From positions 1 to 46,306 of the forward strand of contig JYFJ02003109.1 in the NCBI GenBank assembly GCA_000934665.2: a stretch of 46,306 bases of DNA, written 5' to 3'. The DNA comes from Catajapyx aquilonaris (lineage: Eukaryota). Every line of letters starts with the position of its first letter. Positions within the stretch are counted from its first letter, which is position 1. The notes under the pieces were generated by a model that worked only from the letters and a program-made list of their open reading frames with translations, did not search any database and had not been told where the DNA came from. Shown here in pieces: positions 23,481 to 38,100 of the stretch. A program made the position numbers and the translations under genes.

Positions 23481-24792
23481 CACTATGCAACACGATATTT
23501 GTCCATGGAAATTCATTGCTATTTCCATGTTCCTTAGGTCACAAGTAACTCATAATGGGCATTCACTTTGTCTTTGATTTGTTTTTGACCTCGGGGCAGG
23601 CAAAAAACCAAAGTCCTCAAATATAGCAGTTTTTTCCCAATCAAGTGGGCCTAATTGTTGCTAAATCATCTCGGATTTTTCTGAAAATAATCACAGCTGT
23701 ACACACCTATGCCGCAACACTGCATATCAAGTTTCAGCCAAATTGTGAAATACCGTGGGGAGGGAAAATATCGTGAATTTTTGAAAATGAGGCCTTTTTT
23801 GGATAATTTTTTTCGGTTATTGGAAGTGGTCAAAACCCAATCAACATATACATCAAATGAAAGAGAAACGCTAGTAGAATGCACCTACGGAATATGTGTC
23901 TCTCGAGAATGCACCCAGAAAAACATGTATGGCATTCCATCAGTCACATGCTCAGTAACATGTCCAAGTGTTTAGACCCCACAAATTAGTGATGTATTTG
24001 CGTAAGAGCAGCCATATTTGGTGACAGGAGTTGTGACTCATACAAGATTCAATATGTTTAGTTTCAAGCCTGGGTCATGCATGGCTCGCGCGAAAATAAT
24101 AGATATGTTTGCCGAATTGCCACTATTTATTTTAATGGGGCCGAATTCTTGGACATGTGACTAGTCAGATATTAACGGGGTTATTCCAGACCATGTAGGT
24201 CCTTAAACCCCGGACCCCAGATAGGGCCTATATCATCACTCTAAGTCCCTTCCATCGTGGTCCGCCAGAGGCGGACCACCCGTTCGCTTCCGAATCGAAC
24301 CCAAGCCGTCATAGGGTGGACATGTGACTGATGAAATGCCACCATGTTTTTCTGAGTGCATTTTCTAAAAAGGCAAATTCCATAGACGCATTCTACTCGC
24401 GTGTCTCTTTCATTTGATGTATGTGACTATATGTTGATTGGGTTTTGACCACTTCCAATAACCGAAGAAATAAATAAATAAAAAAACAGTTTCAAAATTT
24501 CGCGATTTTTTCCCTCCCCACGGTATTTCGCAATTTGGCTCAAACTTGATATGCAGTGTTACGGCATAGGTGTGTACAGCTGTGATTATTTTCAGAAAAA
24601 TCTGAGATGGTCTAGCAACATTTAGGCCCGCTTGATTGGGATAAAGTGCTATATTTGAGGACTTTGGTTTTTTGCCTGCCCCGAGGTCAAAAACAAATCA
24701 AAGCCAAAATGAATGCCCATTATGAGTTACTTGTGACCTAAAGAACACGAATACGACGATGCATTTCCATGGACAAATAGTGTTGCATAGTG
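23481..24792. mobile_element. Large foldback DNA transposon with CACTA termini
   Basis: About 470-nt inverted arms (23481-23950 and 24321-24792); termini CACTATGCAACAC / GTGTTGCATAGTG; TAA on both flanks (3-nt TSD). Confidence 0.82.
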
Positions 24793-25660
24793 TAATTTTT
24801 AGAAACTGTCCTATGCAAATGGACCCATGGGCCCCGATACCCGGGGAACAGTGGTCCGGAAGTGATTGGGACCCCTAATTCACCAAGAAGTATATTTCAT
24901 TTTTATCCTACGTCTAACCCCTCTACATAAACAAGAAATGAATAAAAGGGACTTCTGTTACTGCAACCTGAGGACACTAGTGAAACATTTTCTCTCTCCG
25001 GAAAGTTGACCTTGTCCTCCCACATCTTTGGCCTGAGTTTGGCCGAGTTACCTAGGAGCCTCCTGAGTTTGGTGAGCCTGCGATGCTCCTTTGGCTTACA
25101 GCGAGGCTCAGAGCAGCAAGTGCATAATTTATGTGCCAAGTCATTTTGGATTGGACTTAGATTGTTTTCTGATTCCATGGTTCAATTTGTGAAAATTCAA
25201 ATGACTGTAAGAAAAATTATTGTACTGCTGCAATGATATGCTTTATACAAATACCACCCCATATTTGGCTCGTGATTTCGTCCAGAAAATCTTCCACTCC
25301 CAGGAGCACATTATTTGCTGAAACGAACCTTGCCGTACCTTCGTTGCCGTTTGTCTCCTCAATCACATGGTCCTCTCCATCACTCCTTCTTCTTCCTCCC
25401 CCGGAGCTCTCATGGGCGCATTTGAGGTCTGTTGTGGAGTATACTGTAGTAAATACGTTCTATGGACCCCTAGTTGAATGGAGTTTGTTGGAGAATAGTC
25501 CACAGGGAAATTAGTAATCCGATTTGTCGGGTAAGGAATCGATTCTTGCACGACCTTTGGGCACGCACGCATGTGTGTGTGGAGGTTAACACGCTTTATA
25601 CGTCAAGGGTAGTATAGGCTATACTTCAACACTGATGGGAACTTTAACAAAGGGTTGTAG

Positions 25661-25726
25661 TTTATTATTATCAGGAAGCTTGCATCGGGGCTGTACACAA
25701 ATGTGCTATTGACTGTGTCCTTTATT
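25661..25726 (-). promoter_or_regulatory. Candidate CCHa2 polyadenylation signals (two AATAAA)
   Basis: Plus-strand TTTATT at 25721-25726 and 25661-25666, about 430-490 nt downstream of the stop codon. Confidence 0.45.
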
Positions 25727-26154
25727 AGCAGTAGTGAGCATAAATTACATCCGAGTCCAATAAGGAAGAATAAAACAACGTGGCCATTGTTGCTACTCTG
25801 TACATTTTAGTCGACATAGATTGGTAACGTGAGAAATAAGATGAGTGAACACAATGGTAGCGACATCAAAGATTAGCAAAGCAGAATGACAACAATATTG
25901 TTCATTGTGTGAAGCAACCTGGCCTAGCATATGTACATTTCTCCAGCACGCATGCTCACTGTCAGAGCACATGACTCGGAGAAACATATGCGTAACTTTA
26001 TTTCCTACTCTAGGCGAGCTACCGAGTGCAATGATTGAAAAGAAAAAGGGGGTGCTCCTAGGTAATTCACCTATTCTTTCCCCATGAAAGTGAAGTTGGA
26101 TAATAAATTGAATACGTCAGCTCCCTTTTTTGTCGAAAACATCACGACATCCAG

Positions 26155-26184
26155 TTACGCTCTGTTGTGCTTCAGGGAGAGCAG
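26155..26184 (-). CDS. CCHa2: CCHa2 terminal coding exon (LLSLKHNRA*)
   Basis: Branch-like CTGAC, long pyrimidine tract ctattttctttcctctctttcgcag|, phase 0, TAA stop. Confidence 0.78.
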   Translation of the reverse strand: MLSLKHNRA

Positions 26185-29100
26185 CTGCGAAAGAGAGGAA
26201 AGAAAATAGAGTCAGGTATAGTATACATTATGAATCACCTTGTACAGTGCCCAGCTTAAGTCAATGCTCGCGGGAATGGCAAGTAATGCGCTCGAAATTA
26301 TTAATGGCAGTTGATTCAATCACCTCCCCTTCTTTGCCGCCTTTCCCCTGCCCTGCACATTATGCGTTGGTGGCCGGAAAACGCAGCTTCTCTGCGGGAA
26401 AATTGCTGGACTCGATCATCAAATGGGGCTGCTAAAGCGACTCACTCAATATGTGTACAAACAACCATTGCACAACTTTCATCTTTTCATCCTAATAAGT
26501 TAATACAGTATATTTTTGGCAACTATGCAATAAGCGTGTTCAGTTATTATAATGTGGCAATTGGTTTTCATTGAAATGCGCTCCTTGGTGGATATGTCAA
26601 GTATTTTTTCTTAGCAGTCAGTACCTTGAGGAACGTGATGCAATTGTCAAATATCTGAAATGAGGTCAGTTTCTGAAGGAGCTACAATAGATTTAAATTC
26701 AAGTAAGGTCGAGTGTACGCCGTGCGTCATGTCCATGCAAACTTCTCATTATTATGCCCATAATCTACACTGAACAATATCCCAAGAGTACTGTACCTCT
26801 CAAAATATTGACCTACATTCCGTCCATTTCTCAGAACAGGTGCTCCAATAATATTATGTGAGAGCAACATGAAACTGTGTAAAATATTGCAGCTTACAGT
26901 ATTCCTATTGAGAGTAGCAGATATATACGAAATTTGCTTCAAGCACTCTTTGCATCAAAGACAAGCGAGAGTATTGGATTGAATTTCCCTGAAGTATCCG
27001 AATGATAGACTCACCCATTCCCTAACGAAAGGAGAGAGTTTTTGGGTTGGTGGCTTGAAAGGGTAGGAAGGTATCCCAGCCGGCCCACTAGGATTGTCAG
27101 CATCAGGCTGATCGACGGAGTCTGTCATGGCAGCTTCCTCCAAAGCTTCCCACAGGCCTTCTGCAGGGGGTCGGGGACGTGGGGGACCCATTGCTGCTGC
27201 TGCCGACTCACCTCGTTTCCCATGGGCTCCAAAGCACGAGTGGCCAAAGGCTGAGCATCCACCTGCAGGAAGAAAGGACGGAGACAGAGAAGGCGGTTCC
27301 CAATCAAAATAAGCAACCAAGACGTCAGAAGTGCCATTCACGTGGATTGTGAATGGTTCTTTCTTATTAATTGCTGAGATCATGTTTCACATTCACATTC
27401 ATTGCTTAGTCGGCAATTAATATAAATGAAAGACACGTACGGAACATCTCTTCCGTGTTCGCCAACTTTTAGATCAGTTCAAACTTAATATCAATCTCGC
27501 GACCCTTTGCCAATTGCGTTCTTCTGGTGGCGTGGATGGTGTTTTCCCACGTTGAGATGATATTCAGGATGATAAATTATTAGTGTCATTAATATTGATC
27601 AACCCCTCCATTTTCGTAATAATTATTGCCGCTAGTTTGTCTTTTCCTCGTGCGTAGCCCAATTTCGGTAATGTGAGGAAAAATCATGCATGCTGGTGCG
27701 GAAGCGTCATTATGATAAACGCTTCATAAATATTTGCAAAGATTTTGATTAATGGTAGGCAACCTTTTTGCAACAGTATACACTCTAATAGGTGTTGAGT
27801 CACTTGCGGAGGTAATACAAAGTAATGTGGGTTTCTGAGAGGAGGACTGCTTTGACTTGAGACAATATTAAGGTGAGGGACATATTTCCCCAGGGAAAGT
27901 GCAAGTATTCGCATGGGGGAGAAGAGAAAGGACAGCGTTCTTTTTTCCCACAGCACTCTACCTCCCCTTTAAGTCTTTCTTGACCAGGACGAGGTCACGC
28001 AGACAACCGGCACAAAATGTGGAAAAACTATTTAAAATGGGAAAAGGCAAGGGGGTAATCACTTCGGTACTCCGGTGTACACCTGCGAGTGGTACTCCCT
28101 GGTACTCCTCAGGTATACCTCACTCTTTAAATATTACGCCTTGGTACTCCTTGAATTTGGTACTCCAGTGTACACTTTTCAGTCGAGTGATTACCCCCTT
28201 GGGAAAAGGCCTAGTGACTTCATGAAGAATACTTCTAAACTCTAACGTTTCAAGATCAGGATTAGCGCATATTCTGTCAAATAATATAAAAATAGCTTCT
28301 TTAAGCATGTGGGGCAGATATAAGCCAATGGACTCCCTTAACAGGCCGTTGTGAAGTCTCATTTTGCCGTGGCAAAGGAAGTTGTAATGAGTGATAACTA
28401 CCGCCAGTGATGAAATAATGGATCATTGTGAAAACGGGCCTCATTTTCTACTCAAATGGAGGTTAAATGAAGAGGAATATTGTGGGGAAGTTAATTAACG
28501 ATCGTAATAAACGAGTGCTAAGGCCCCACGGTGGATTGATTAAAGAAGAGCATTCTGCCTGGTTCGCGCTGCTCGTAACGCGTGTCCACACCATTGTTGG
28601 TGCGACTCATCAAGCGACTTAATAACAGGGAAATCCGGGCACAACGCGCTATTCAGCTACAATTACCAACTTATCCATGTCATTATTGTGACCCTACTTT
28701 TAGAAGCCGGAGGTGTGCTCGTTATTAAAAGGCGAAATTCTGTGACTAAAACTTCACACAAACCTCGAACTATAGTTACACGTGTACATGAAACATTGAA
28801 ATAAGCACCACTTTATCATTCTGTGCTATATACTTTACCTGAATTAAGAATAAGGACAGGGGGAGAATTATTGAAGGAGCATGATAATATCCCCAGCATC
28901 GATCCAAGTTACTTGGTTAGGTTAGGCGTATTACATGCACTCCTGTACTATGTTCAAGTGCAGCAGCCCTTATTTTCTCTGCTTAATCAGCCCTTCCTCT
29001 CGCCAGCATATTAACTAGAAACCGGAATCAGAATTAGCCTGAAAATGGAGTAACCGGCATTATGCTTAACTTTGTAATAACATTACAGTAAGATTTAATC

Positions 29101-32100
29101 ACCATATTTCCCGTCCAGGTTTGCAAATGACGTCAGATCATTGTTTCCGTTGAACTTCAGCATGTGATTGACCTACTGACATTTTTCTGGAATGGTAGAT
29201 GGCGCATTCGCCTCACTGACGTGGCATGGCTGGAATTGTTTGGTTTTCTGATTATTCTTGTGTGCAGCGGATCTCGTAATGAGTTTGGACAGAAAGATCG
29301 CGACACCTGCTGAGAATTCTAACAATTCATTAAGGTCGGCTGGATGACGGAGCTTTTGCTATGGCTTAACTATACTGCCCACCAACAAGGTTCGTTAAGC
29401 AATGTCCTTTCCTCCTCCCACTACTCCTTCTCCAAAATACTTGGATTCCGTTCATGAGCCAAACTCGATTTCATTATTCTAATCTGGGGCTAAAGTGGAC
29501 AGACCCTCCTTCTAACTTAATTCCACTGTGCGTAGTGGAAGATAGGACTCCGGACATCCTGTCCCCCGCCGGGAATCGAACCCGGGACCTCCTATTGTGC
29601 TCTGCCACTGAGCTACGGGGGGTGTGGGCCATGAGCACCTTCCACATCGCTTGTCACAGTTGGACTTTTGCAATATTTTCATTCATATGCAATGAATGGA
29701 GTCCAAAATAAGGACAGACAAAACATGGACTCTTATTGGATCAAGCCTGTACAGATTACTTTGTACATTCAGGCACATATCCGATTGACTGATCGAACCC
29801 AGCTGGAGCTGTCTTACTAGGAAACGTTTCTCAAAGGAAAGGGATTTGTGAGATGGAATTGAGTCTGGCGTCATGAAATCGGATTATAAATGTGGTCATT
29901 AGCTGATTTCATTTAGGTATCGGTCGAAGATTCAACCCATATTTGTCCCAAGTGAGACGGGCAATTATGATGCCAAACAATAATATTACGGCCATTACTA
30001 AGAGTAACAACTTCATACATAGTACATAGTGGTAGCATGCAGTAATGCTGAAAAGTTTAATTTTACTCTCTATGAATGAGGTACCGTAGTTTATTATTTA
30101 TCAAGTGTAGCGGTATATTAAGTACTAATCGCGTCGGCAATAAAACACTCCCATTTCTGAACACGTACGGTAATGCTTTCATAATAATTATACTGTAGCT
30201 GCGGGCTACAAAGAATCTGCGAAACAATTATTCTGTTTGCTTCTGTTTCTGGCTCAAAAGTTCAATTACGTTTACCTCTGGAAAGTTTCATTGCATAATT
30301 TTGAATTAATCCCCACGAAATGCGTTCAATCCATAAGTCACTTTTGCTCTAGTGGAAGCCACCAGAAAATTAGTGCGAATTTACCACAATATAATTGATT
30401 ATTATTGTCTTTAGAAAATATATTATCAACAAGCAAACCGAAGCAGTGGTGGCGGAGGGGATATGGTATCCGACTGCTAATCGGGAGGTCCTGGGTTCGA
30501 ATCCCGGTGCCGGCAACTCTAACCGTGGTTTTCTGTGGTTTCCCACGGTTCCTCCAGGAGAATTCCGGAGTTGTTTCATAAACTAATAGGCCACAGCCGC
30601 CTCCTTCCTTTCCTATCCTATCCCAAAAAGCGCAGTAAAACCGAAACGAAGAGTTCCAGTCAAAACAAAAATTTCCCCCCTAAAGAGCCGCCCGCCGGCT
30701 GATAACGGGGTATGAATTGTTGAATTATTATTATATGCAACTCAATATATGAACCGAAATTCAATGAATCCTATCATTTCCTTGTGGCCACTAGATGATC
30801 ACGGAATTCAAAATGGTGTTTTTTTGTCGCGCGTGATGAGAGGGAAAGTCGTCGCAAGTAATACTAACTTTGATTTAGATGTTCTTCCAGGTCCCGGTGG
30901 AGTACAAAGTTTTGTTATTTCAGTTGGGAGTACTAGAGGGAGCGGGGTAAATGTTCAGCGGTATAAAACTTTATTTGTTGCTGCGATGGTCGAGGTTTTC
31001 AGTAAGGTAAGAAAGGCATCGCTAGAGAACAGAATCAACTCAATAATCGTGTTAAACGGCTCAATTGTTCAACGTCAGACAAATGCTGCAGACTGAAAAT
31101 AATTTATTGGTAGACAAAAATGGTCACTCATCGACAGTAAATCGATTTGGAAACGAGTTATTTTAAGATGTATACAGAAATCGAAGAATCAGCCAATCGA
31201 TGTGTAAGCGAGGGCACTGTCCGAGATATAAAATTATGGAACACTCTTCGAAAACTGAAAGTGCATAATTATAAACCCAAAAACATCTGGGATTTTCCAT
31301 TCAATACGCTGGTGACAAGGATTGACGTAAACAATGACTAATTGGAGTAATAACTCATAATCCGCGTGTGAGAAAGTATACAAATGCTGGAGTCAATTTT
31401 TTACGATTGGTATCGTCCTTCCAGAGAGATTCCATTAGCTAAAAAGCAGTGTGAACATCCATTGTGGTCGAAACACGTTCAGGCACGCATACCAGCCCCA
31501 ACAAGCAGCTCAAAGGACACATTCCGAGGCCGTAGATTATCGTGCCTTTTAGTGTTCAGTTGACGTAAGGGTCTAAGAGTGATCTGGTTTGATCTCGGAT
31601 TCGGTTGATCTGTTTCACCTTCCGCTTTGGTCAGCTAGGGATTGTTTTTCCCCCCTCATAAACATCCAAAAAGCCCCACAAAAATGACAGAATATGTCTA
31701 AAAATTCCCACAGGATAGCAATTGTCTCATTTGTTGGTAATTAACTCTGACAATAAAATTTGCTAATGCCTAATTAACGAGAGCTATTCCCATTTTTAAA
31801 AGCACCATAAGACCATTGATACTGAATAATATTGTTTATATCTTTTTAATGAAAGGCACGTCCTCATTACTTAACATGCATATTAGTCAGTATTGCAGTT
31901 GGTGCATCATTAAGCTGCATGTACTACTTATAATAAGTCTTTCTCAAGGCTAATATTCCTACACATGCTGCTGCTGCTGCTGGTGTTGGTGGTGGTGGTG
32001 GTGGTGTCTCTACGACGACTACCAAGTTACTACTTCCTAGATGCAAAGATTATTTCGCAATAAGCGAAAGTGGTGCTTCCTGTGTAACTGGCCGATCATT

Positions 32101-35100
32101 TCCAAAAATAATTCTTTCTTCTTCGTGGAATTCTCCACGATGATTTGAACGAGCCATTTGATATGGCTCCACCGCACCATCCAATAGAAAAAAGAGCCCG
32201 AGACCTACTTTGTCGAAACCAATCATCATTGACGACTCATCTTCAGACGTGGGAATGAGAGGTGACACCTCTGTTAACCCTCTGGTGATAACGTCATGAT
32301 GGGTACCCACTTTGTCTACCAATCAATAATTTATGTCATGCGAAACTACATCCAAGCCAAGTTACAGGTCACGCCACACTGTAAATTCAGGTAGCCTTTT
32401 TTTAAATACGTCATTTTGATAGCCTTCTCTCATGTGTATACGGATCCTTTATTGGGGAACCAATCCATTAATTTTATTTACGTACAATCAATGTACATAT
32501 TCACTGTATATCCTTCATTTACTGTATTATTTAAAAAGGAACTTACTGTCGAAAGTACAATCAAAGTCGAATATCTGAATGAGAAATGCTGGAAGCTTCT
32601 GAAATATATTTTAATTGCGCCTACCCATGATATACAAAGGGTGCTGACTATGCAAATCTTGCATAATGCCATTTAAGCACCGCGTGTTTTGCTGGGGATA
32701 ATATTTCAGATACATTGTTAGTGGGCTATATTTAGATTTTCCACGCCGCCTCACAATGGTTTGATATAACCACCAGAGTTGCCCCATTTACATGTCAGGG
32801 AAAGGTCCTCCTACTATAGCAATGCCAATGTATAGACTGCAGATACTTTATAGACTGCACAGAATGAGAACGTGCTATCGGGTTCAAATACTTTTGGCCA
32901 CTTTAGCCTGGTCTTGAAGCAACCCTTCACACACACACATACACACCTCCTTAATGTGGGGTCTGTGCGAATGGTTGCTTCTAGACCAGGATAAAGTGGC
33001 CAAAAGTATTTGAACCCGATAGTACAGACGTCAGGTCACACAAAAGGTAAAGCCAAACGTTTGGCTATCAATGCTTATTCAAAAAGTTTCACGTCAGGTT
33101 AGAATATGCAGACCTGTGTTACACAATCATGTATCTAGTAGAAATATCATCTAACGCCAAAGCCACCGAAACTTGCGATGATGTAATACTGGCATTATAA
33201 TAAGAACGAGTACAATTATGCGAGAACTCACAAGAAGATATAAACCACCACTTTGTCTAAGGTCCACTGTGTAGGTCACGACAAATGACAATTCCTCCAG
33301 TCCGGGTTATGCTAATGTATGATCACTGCTCAAGAGTGCAACCATCTTAATAATGAAGCAGTTAAGGAGAGGCGTGACTCTTTCCACCACATTTGGCTTC
33401 ATTTTGCATTCCTCCCTAGTTTCTCAAATTATCGTGCCGGCCCATGCAAATATCTCTATTGTGACAATGAACAAAGGATTCCAGCTGTCATTTTCTGTGG
33501 CATTTGCATATTTTGTTCCAAGGTGACTTAGAACTAACCTTCCTGTGACATGCTGCGTCATTCGTGTGTGTCTTTTATTCAATGTCCCCTTGATTACAAA
33601 AAGGGGGACCCAGATAGGCCTATTAATGTTGATTCAAACACTAACTCTGAAAGTAAGCAGGTAGTATATAGGAAGTAGGAAGTAGGCCCATACTGTAAGT
33701 ATTAATACTGACAGTACCAATTAGGTAAATATACGGTACACAAAGTGGTCCAATTGAAATATATTACGTATACAGGGTGGTCACGATTTCGTCTGCCAAA
33801 ATGATACGGATGGTAACGGATGAGCATGGAAGAAGCATGGTATGGGCCCGAAAATCCGGCGACGACGTAGACGTCGACGATGTCCAACCTGACAAGTATA
33901 GATACCCCCGTGCATCCCTGCATCGCTGGTTGCCGGGGTCAGGCAATGGTGTAGGAGTGCGAGCGCCTGGAACCGGCAACCAGCAATGCAGGCATGTACG
34001 GGGGTTTCCATACTTGTCAGGACGGACATCGTCGATGTCAAAGGTCGACATCTCCTAGACGTAACGTCGACGGCCTTTCAGGCCCATGCCATGCCTTTAC
34101 CATACGCACCCCCGTATTATTTTGGCAGACTAAGATATATAGATCTGCTTATCTTGAAAATAGCAGTTATTACCATTTTAAAATATCATTTATTACAAGA
34201 GAGACTGTTCGTTAAGGAGACGAACGTATGAGTCTAAATTTATACCAACCTCATTTTTGACAAAAATTTCCACTGCCAGCTTCCACAGGGAAAAAAACTT
34301 CTTTTCACCCTCCCTTAAATAAGTTTCGACCGGAACCATGATAGAATAAAGATGTTTTGAAAAGGCGTTGGTAACGACATAATTGTGATAAAATTGGGTC
34401 TAAAATAATGCCCTCTTTCTGCACAGGCACAAGACCACCACAATCTGCAATATGGTATTATCGTCTCTATAACGAGGTGAAATGTGGTTACGAGTAAAAC
34501 ACATTCGTAAAATGTTTGTAAAACTCGCCATTTGCCCTTGTGATCTACCTATTCAACACCGAGGGTTAGCCAAAATTAAGTCCAATGTCACATTTTCAAT
34601 TATGGCTTATCGTAAGGAAACGTAAGGATTGCATTAGTGTCGCAATTGTCCAACTCTAACCCAGTGAAAGCCTAAAAGGCGGGTAAGACTGGATTACCAT
34701 TAGAGGAAAGTCAAACTGTGAAATCTGTGCTAAAACCTTTCCCGACTCGTCCTGATTCAATTAATTAATGACCTGACGCCCGTTGTCTGACTAAGGGATG
34801 CTGTCCCTTTCCACAAGCATTATTTCTAAGCTGCTGTAACACAAAGCCGGAGTTAATGATTCACGTAACGAGAGAGCGTCCAAGCGCCAATTTAGTGTAT
34901 GTCCAGTGGAACCTAATATACAGCATTTGACTACTTGTCGCCATGTAAATGACCTATGCAGTACGGTACACTAAACACTGAGTATGCTGTTACTGTTTGT
35001 TTTCACTCGAATCGCCAATTAAGCGTTCGTATTATAATATGTAAATTAATTTTGAGGGCCGGCCATCATGCAACAACAAACTGTAATATGAAGCTGTGTT

Positions 35101-38100
35101 TCCGAATTATGAAACATTTTTATACGTACGTATACACAAGAGCATATTAAGATGAGGCACATCACTAACCTTAGACACGAAATGCCCAAATCAAAATAAA
35201 TAATGGACAAGTAGGGATTGGACAAACACGCAATACTGTGCTGTATCAACATGTATATTTTTCATCAGGTCTGTGGAAGCAAACCTAGAATTCCCTCCTT
35301 GCTCTTCCTTTCTGTATCAATTCCCGATTTCTCCGGTTCTTTGCAGAATGCCTCCGTCTTGGGCCCTGCATCCTGCAGCTCTATATACTCTGTTGACTTT
35401 GCTCCAACTTGTTCCCTTCCCTCATTTATTCGTTGATTCGCACACCCGTTGCATGTGCTCCTCAGGACTACCTCGATCTCCATTCTGTTCTATATACCTT
35501 ATATATCTTGGCCTTCTCCCATGCCATTACAAAGCATCACCTATCCAGCAGCCTGCATTTATTGAAGCCCTTGAATTCGCCATTCGTTTCTAGTCTGAAT
35601 GCGTCACCGGACTCAATCCCGGGAAAGGGATCCATAGTATGTTGATTGGGTAGGAGGGCACTTGGGTTCAAATGTGACATATTAAGGCCGAGATGAGTAA
35701 GGTGCGTTCCAATCAGTCGCGAAATCAAGTGCAGGTAATGAACTTCCTATCGCCCTTAATAAGAAATCGATCCAATTTGTGATTGATTGCCCATCTGGAT
35801 AATCAACGGACACCAGTGCATTCCTACTGGCTAGCCCATTGGAGTGTTAAATTATCCATCTGTCTCAGGTGGGACTTTGAATCTACGCCACAGTGTCCAG
35901 ACTGGCATAAATAAAATAACTATTGCCAGCAAGTGATGCGATCAAGGCGGCTGGCTACTTTTGACTGGATGACGAGGCTCATTCTATTTCTCCGATAAGG
36001 TCAGCACTGATATTACTGTACAACGACATGACGTCATTTTGGTGTGACCTCTGTAAATGTCTGTTCTTAAATATAGTCAGGAGTTATTGCGTCATTACTC
36101 CTACTCATTTGGGCAAGAAGGGGGGGGGGGGTATTACTTACCTGATTTTATACGTACGGTACTAGATCCTTGGTTTAAAAATTTCATAAAAATATTTGTC
36201 TTTTGTAATACGGTATAAGCCATATGAACCGTGGTTGGGATTTAAATACCGGTACTGCATATTGGGATGAATGCTATCGTCCCTTATTGGGTGAAGAGGA
36301 ATATGCGCTTACGCATAATACAGGCCTATCATGCGTTTGTAATCCCACTTTTGTTGGTATATTTATAACAGGGATTTCCCACTTTCAAACACCCTCATAA
36401 GAGGCATCAGTTAACATGAGAAAGCAAAACCAGTAGTAAATTATTCAGTCATCCTTTCAGGGAAGTTAGTGACCGTAATAATGTATTATGTGTGTAAGTA
36501 CTGCTCCGTCCGTGGAAAATCCCACTATCATGGCATTTCTGACATTAAAAACTCATGATCCGATTCACCTTCCATCCCACAGCATGATTTCTTTCGTCTT
36601 ATAGTGTATGCTGTACAGCATATGGGCGCAAAGAGCATTATTAGCAGACGCTTTTAAATGATTACGTTTATACTATAAGAAAATATCACCTTGTTGTTGA
36701 CTAGTGTTTCAGTTAAGCAATATGATTGTCATACGATGCAAATAAGGGTCTCTGTAATTACTTTTGGATCAGGGCAGTGCAAACAATCTAAAATTTGATC
36801 CCCATGAGCTGTGTGCCACTTTTGCTGCAATGGGACTTGATTTCACTATTAATGGTCAGGGCCGAAGCAGCATTTAAAATTCAGGGAAAGTTGTGATCTG
36901 ATATTGGCACTAATGAGGATGTAAATAGCTTTCCTCGATTATCAGACTGAAACAAGGCAAATTCCAGGCCAATAATATGCTGTATAATGATGATAAAGCA
37001 ACAAATCTGGTTTCTCCCTTTCCAACTGTCTATCGATCGGGAAAAACCCTTATAGATATCTGCAATTTGCCAGCACTTCTGTGGAGAGCTGTTCAGTTTG
37101 GTACTGAAAGAATCACATTATGCCACATAAACAGTTTAAAATATTTCAGTTCATATAGCGTAATTAATGTGCGTGTAACTTGCTTTATGTATATCATCAA
37201 TTTGCATTGCTCATTGCGGACATTGCAATTAGCGGAAGATAGACGTAGTTCTCACTTACTTAGCATACAGTTCGAGTGGATACTCGACTGTGTTGTAAAA
37301 AAAAAGGTCAGGCTTATATTGGCGCTATGCAACCATTAGCAATTCAATTTTTTCCCCAGTCATTTTATCATGGACGAGTGCTAGCTGATACAGGTAGGAT
37401 ACGCTTGGACTAGTTTTTTTGCTGAGATAGTACGTATCAGCTTATGGTATACACTATTCCGGCTATTTAAAGAGCCGTTCTATTGCCCCTGTTCGAACAA
37501 CCTGTTGCAACAAATAAGAGCTACAAGTTATGACTATGTTCTGCTATTAATAATATATCAATAACTTGTATTTTCTGTGACAGTAGTGCATCATACGGTA
37601 AGATGAGGGGGGGGGGGGTGACTTTGCGACAGTTTTTGATGTTTTTCGTATCAGCAGAAACGGTTTAATGTTTTTCCAATAAATGTCTTATTCAGATTTG
37701 TACCCTCATCCTTCCTCTACATATACGTGTGCAGATCATATCGATAACTTTATCCGTTACAAAAAGATTCATATTTACATTTGTCACAAAGTCACCCCGA
37801 AATGACTTTGTGACAGTGCTAATATCCGTAAGATTGAACATGAGAAACAGATAATATAACAAAGGGACACCTAAAACTCGCTATTTTATACAAATTTTCG
37901 TCTTTGCAATGATATATTATTTTATAAAATTGATCATTTATTATGTACTAATTATGATTAAAAACATCTTGTCATTTTCGAAGTCTTTTCGTTCAAGTCC
38001 TTAACTTCGCAAAGTCCTCGGCGGATGGTTTATTTCGATTACCATTTGGATGTGTATAATTTTGAGTGGCACGGTACCCTAAAGGACAGGGACATAGGTC

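Noticed and set aside
26955..27383. ORF-track 142-aa protein as the complete CCHa2
   Set aside because: It lacks a signal peptide, and both ends run through clear splice sites. Only 27015-27262 is exonic in my model.
28066..28175. Repeated GGTACTCC motif as an array
   Set aside because: Short, irregular and degenerate; most likely a decayed local repeat or TE relic.
35200..35730. LINE/RT remnant
   Set aside because: Several short ORFs, but no RT or endonuclease motif recognisable by eye; a translated search would be needed.
36136..36170. Extra CCHa2 microexon (minus-strand donor CAG|gtaagt at 36142)
   Set aside because: The nearest upstream AG gives an in-frame stop and has no pyrimidine tract.
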